A stretch of DNA of 58,954 nt from a virus (taxonomy: Duplodnaviria > Caudoviricetes): IMG/VR virus record IMGVR_UViG_3300044997_000299, positions 1-58,954 of that record; one strand, 5' to 3'. The position numbers were made by a program, and so were the translations under genes. Shown here in pieces: positions 56,225-58,954 of this stretch; the first letter of the stretch is position 1; each line of letters opens with the position of its first letter. A model generated the notes under the pieces. That model searched no databases. It had not been told where the DNA came from and was given only the letters and a program-made list of their open reading frames with translations.

Positions 56225-56929
56225 TTATTCAATTTTAGCAAATTCGTCAATGAACCTAGCTTTAAATGGTGCCGATCCGTGATGGGTGATCTCTGCGTCA
56301 ATCAAAGCAAATATACTACCACCAGCTGCTTTAAACCTACTACAAAAAGCAAAATCTTCTCCAATAATTTTACCTTCAGATTCATCATACATTGTATCCC
56401 AAAAATTGTATGCAAATTTATCTTTTTTAAGTTTTAAATTTGAATAATAATTAATTAACCTTACAAAGGCTTCTCTTTTAATAACCATACATCCAGCAGG
56501 TCCTTTTTCTATTTCAACAATACCATTTTCACAAATCATGTCATTAGGATTTAAAACTTTTAATGGCCAAACGAAACCACCTTTGTCAATTGGAATTTTA
56601 TATTTAGTCCACATTTCGTCTGCTTTTTTCCAATCAAAATATTTAAGAGGATAAGGAATTAAAATTATTTCTTTTTCAGCATCAATCATTCTAAATATAT
56701 CTTTGGCATTGAATTGAATGTCAGTGTCTATAAATATCATATGAGTGCAATCACTTTGAAGAAAAGCATTGGTGCAATTATTACGCCCTACAGTTACTAG
56801 AGATGCTTTATGCAAATGTAAACTTATATGTTTTTTTCTTTTGCAACATTCTGATTGTAATAAAAATATTGATTGTAAATAATGCATATCCACTTGACCC
56901 ATGGTTGGTGAGCTAACAAAAAGTTTCAT
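56225..56929 (-). CDS. GT-A-like glycosyltransferase
   Basis: SLV..GRN, FIDTDI, GEDFAFC. Confidence 0.75.
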   Translation of the reverse strand: MKLFVSSPTMGQVDMHYLQSIFLLQSECCKRKKHISLHLHKASLVTVGRNNCTNAFLQSDCTHMIFIDTDIQFNAKDIFRMIDAEKEIILIPYPLKYFDWKKADEMWTKYKIPIDKGGFVWPLKVLNPNDMICENGIVEIEKGPAGCMVIKREAFVRLINYYSNLKLKKDKFAYNFWDTMYDESEGKIIGEDFAFCSRFKAAGGSIFALIDAEITHHGSAPFKARFIDEFAKIE

Positions 56930-57741
56930 TCTATTATTAATTCGTCAACAAATTTACCGCAGAATTGATGTTCGCCTACATGAGTTATGATGTCATTAAC
57001 ATACGCATGACATTTACCACCTATATCTTTCCATTTTTTACAAAATGCAAAATCCTCGCCCATATAAGTATGTTTTTCTTGATCAAACAAAGTATCAAAA
57101 AAATTATACAAAAAAGGTTTATCAATTGGTTTGCCATTTATAATTGTAGGTTGTATAATTTTTAAATGTGGATATTTATCAATCATTTTTTCTATTACAG
57201 ATCTTTTAATTAACATACATCCTGCTGGTGAATGAGAAACCTCTATAACACCATTTTCTACTTTTAAACGCTCTTGATCATCGATCCGCATAGGATAAGT
57301 ATTGCCACTTAGTGATAAATCCACTGCATTTTTAATTTTACCAGATTTAAAATTTTCAAATATTTTTTCCCAATTTATTGTTTTCATTGGATATGGAATT
57401 GAAATTACGTCTTTGTCTTTTTCAATCATTGTAAATATAGATTTTGCTTGAAAATCTATGTCAGCATCTATAAACAATAGGTGCGTGTGTCCAGTTTCCA
57501 TAAACCCTCCTACGCATAAATTTCTACCTTGTGTTACTAATGATGATTTAAACAATTGAATTGTGATCTTTACTTTTTTAGCGTAACATTCTTTTTGAAA
57601 TTCTAATAACGATTGTGTGTAATGAATAGATACCTCTGAGTGCACTGGAGTTGCTATAAATATTGAAAACCCTATTTCATTATCTTTAGGTTTATCAGCT
57701 GGTAAAGGCTTAATCCAAATTGGTTTACTTGAGTCTTGCAT
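56926..57741 (-). CDS. GT-A-like glycosyltransferase (paralog of neighbour)
   Basis: IATP, SLVTQGRN, FIDADI, GEDFAFC. Confidence 0.75.
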   Translation of the reverse strand: MQDSSKPIWIKPLPADKPKDNEIGFSIFIATPVHSEVSIHYTQSLLEFQKECYAKKVKITIQLFKSSLVTQGRNLCVGGFMETGHTHLLFIDADIDFQAKSIFTMIEKDKDVISIPYPMKTINWEKIFENFKSGKIKNAVDLSLSGNTYPMRIDDQERLKVENGVIEVSHSPAGCMLIKRSVIEKMIDKYPHLKIIQPTIINGKPIDKPFLYNFFDTLFDQEKHTYMGEDFAFCKKWKDIGGKCHAYVNDIITHVGEHQFCGKFVDELIIE

Positions 57742-58660
57742 TTAAAGCACCTTTTATAAACTGTGTCCACTGATTACCTTGTTTTTTCCAGTTGTAAAAA
57801 TCATTTGTGTATTTTATTTGAAATTTTAAATGATTGACAATGTAATTTTCGTGCAAATGATTTGCAGCAATATCTATTGCCATGGCAAATTTTTTTGCTA
57901 ATCTAATAAAATCTTTTTCATAATTAACATAAATTGGAAATTCTGCACAAGTTTCAAACAAAGCACCAAAATTTGTTGTTATTAAATATAATCCAGCAGA
58001 CATTGATTCTAAAGCTGATATACAAGATGTTTCTTCCCAAATGCTTGGATAAGCAAATACATGATATTTATGTAAATTTTCTAATATAAATTCGTGTGGT
58101 TTATAACCAATATAATTTACATTAGATAAACGTCGTGCTTGATCGTAAAGCCCTTGATAAATAGTATCGTTTGCTTGTTTAAAATTATCTCCATAAACTT
58201 GTGTTGAGGAATACACATCTAATGTAATTAATGGATTGTTAATAAACTGCATTGCAGCAAGTATTACATTCAAACCTCGCCAAGGAGTTGGATGAAATAT
58301 TAATTTTATTGGATCTCCTTTTTTAAAACTAAAATCTACAGGTTTTATATTAACAACTCCATTTTTTATTACTGTGCAACGTTCAGTGGGTAAATCAAAA
58401 GCCATTCTAAATTTTTCATAATTCCAATGAGAATTAAACACATACCAATCATAAGCTTTATGATTTGATTTATCTTTAAACCAAGGTGCTATATTAGGTT
58501 GATCATAAGAATTTTTTTGCCAAAGAATATTTAATTTTGTAGGATGTAAAGGCACCTTACCTGGTATTGATGTACATATCTGTACTTGATCAAGTAAATC
58601 TGGACTTACATATTTTCTTAAAAACTCAAATTGAAGTTCGGTGCCACCTCTAGGATCCAT
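57725..58660 (-). CDS. GT-B (GT4-like) glycosyltransferase
   Basis: GGTE, PWRGL, YPSIWEETSCISALE. Confidence 0.85.
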   Translation of the reverse strand: MDPRGGTELQFEFLRKYVSPDLLDQVQICTSIPGKVPLHPTKLNILWQKNSYDQPNIAPWFKDKSNHKAYDWYVFNSHWNYEKFRMAFDLPTERCTVIKNGVVNIKPVDFSFKKGDPIKLIFHPTPWRGLNVILAAMQFINNPLITLDVYSSTQVYGDNFKQANDTIYQGLYDQARRLSNVNYIGYKPHEFILENLHKYHVFAYPSIWEETSCISALESMSAGLYLITTNFGALFETCAEFPIYVNYEKDFIRLAKKFAMAIDIAANHLHENYIVNHLKFQIKYTNDFYNWKKQGNQWTQFIKGALNARLK

Positions 58661-58911
58661 TACCTAGTCTTACCAAATAATGACAAATGTGCAACAGTTA
58701 CTGTAACGTCTTGTGCGATATCCTCTTGTTTAGTTGGTGTATTAGGGTTTGCAACATCAGCATTTGCTTCCGCGGCCGATCCATAAACCTCACCCGTTAT
58801 TTTGTTTCTGTATGTAATTTTTGTAGGACATTTTATAACTGGCACCTCTTTACCATCTATAATTCTATATTCTTTTATATGTTGATCCGTTAATATTATT
58901 TCGTCATCCAT
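58660..58911 (-). CDS. conserved phage hypothetical protein
   Basis: 83 aa; N..TG..Y.S..EA.ADV.NP.T. Confidence 0.7.
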   Translation of the reverse strand: MDDEIILTDQHIKEYRIIDGKEVPVIKCPTKITYRNKITGEVYGSAAEANADVANPNTPTKQEDIAQDVTVTVAHLSLFGKTR

Positions 58912-58954
58912 ATCAATTAAAACCCATTGGACATTTACGTTTAACTTCTTCTTT

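Noticed and set aside
58909-58954. Terminal redundancy/circular overlap with window start
   Set aside because: The end encodes ...KEEVKRKCPMGFN*, the tail of another gene, and does not match bases 1-50; a gap remains
1-58954. Stop-codon reassignment, diversity-generating retroelement or introns
   Set aside because: Core genes are intact in the standard code; no reverse transcriptase or split genes seen

Overview
This window is a near-complete, AT-rich tailed-phage (podovirus-type) genome of about 59 kb, with almost all genes on the - strand. The replication module has a family A DNA polymerase (Leu762 type), UvrD-like and SNF2 helicases, an AEP primase, an SSB-like protein and a PD-(D/E)XK exonuclease. 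The virion module has TerS/TerL, portal, GroES, scaffold, major capsid protein, tail and ejection proteins. Auxiliary genes include SpeD, 2OG-Fe(II) oxygenases, glycosyltransferases and a methyltransferase. This gene set resembles HTVC023P-like SAR11/LD12 phages (inference, not searched). The most unusual part is 29.7-39 kb. Between terL and terS lies a modular early region in which each cassette has a sigma70-like promoter overlapped by a 20-bp palindromic operator (TATCTTAT-N4-ATAAGATA), a CAG/CTG-rich box and a strand-biased (GGGAAC)n tract. It also contains unannotated paralogous membrane micropeptides, one bracketed exactly by 15-bp direct repeats. Two promoter-plus-hairpin small-RNA candidates carry seeds that are perfectly antisense to ribosome-binding sites of distant phage genes (groES, 13 nt; an early gene, 15 nt). 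Other notable items are a pseudoknotted leader RNA behind the capsid terminator, an ArfA-like peptide, twin acidic 51-aa peptides and an xxGG motif shared by many virion-module proteins. All product calls come from motif recognition only; no database searches were run.
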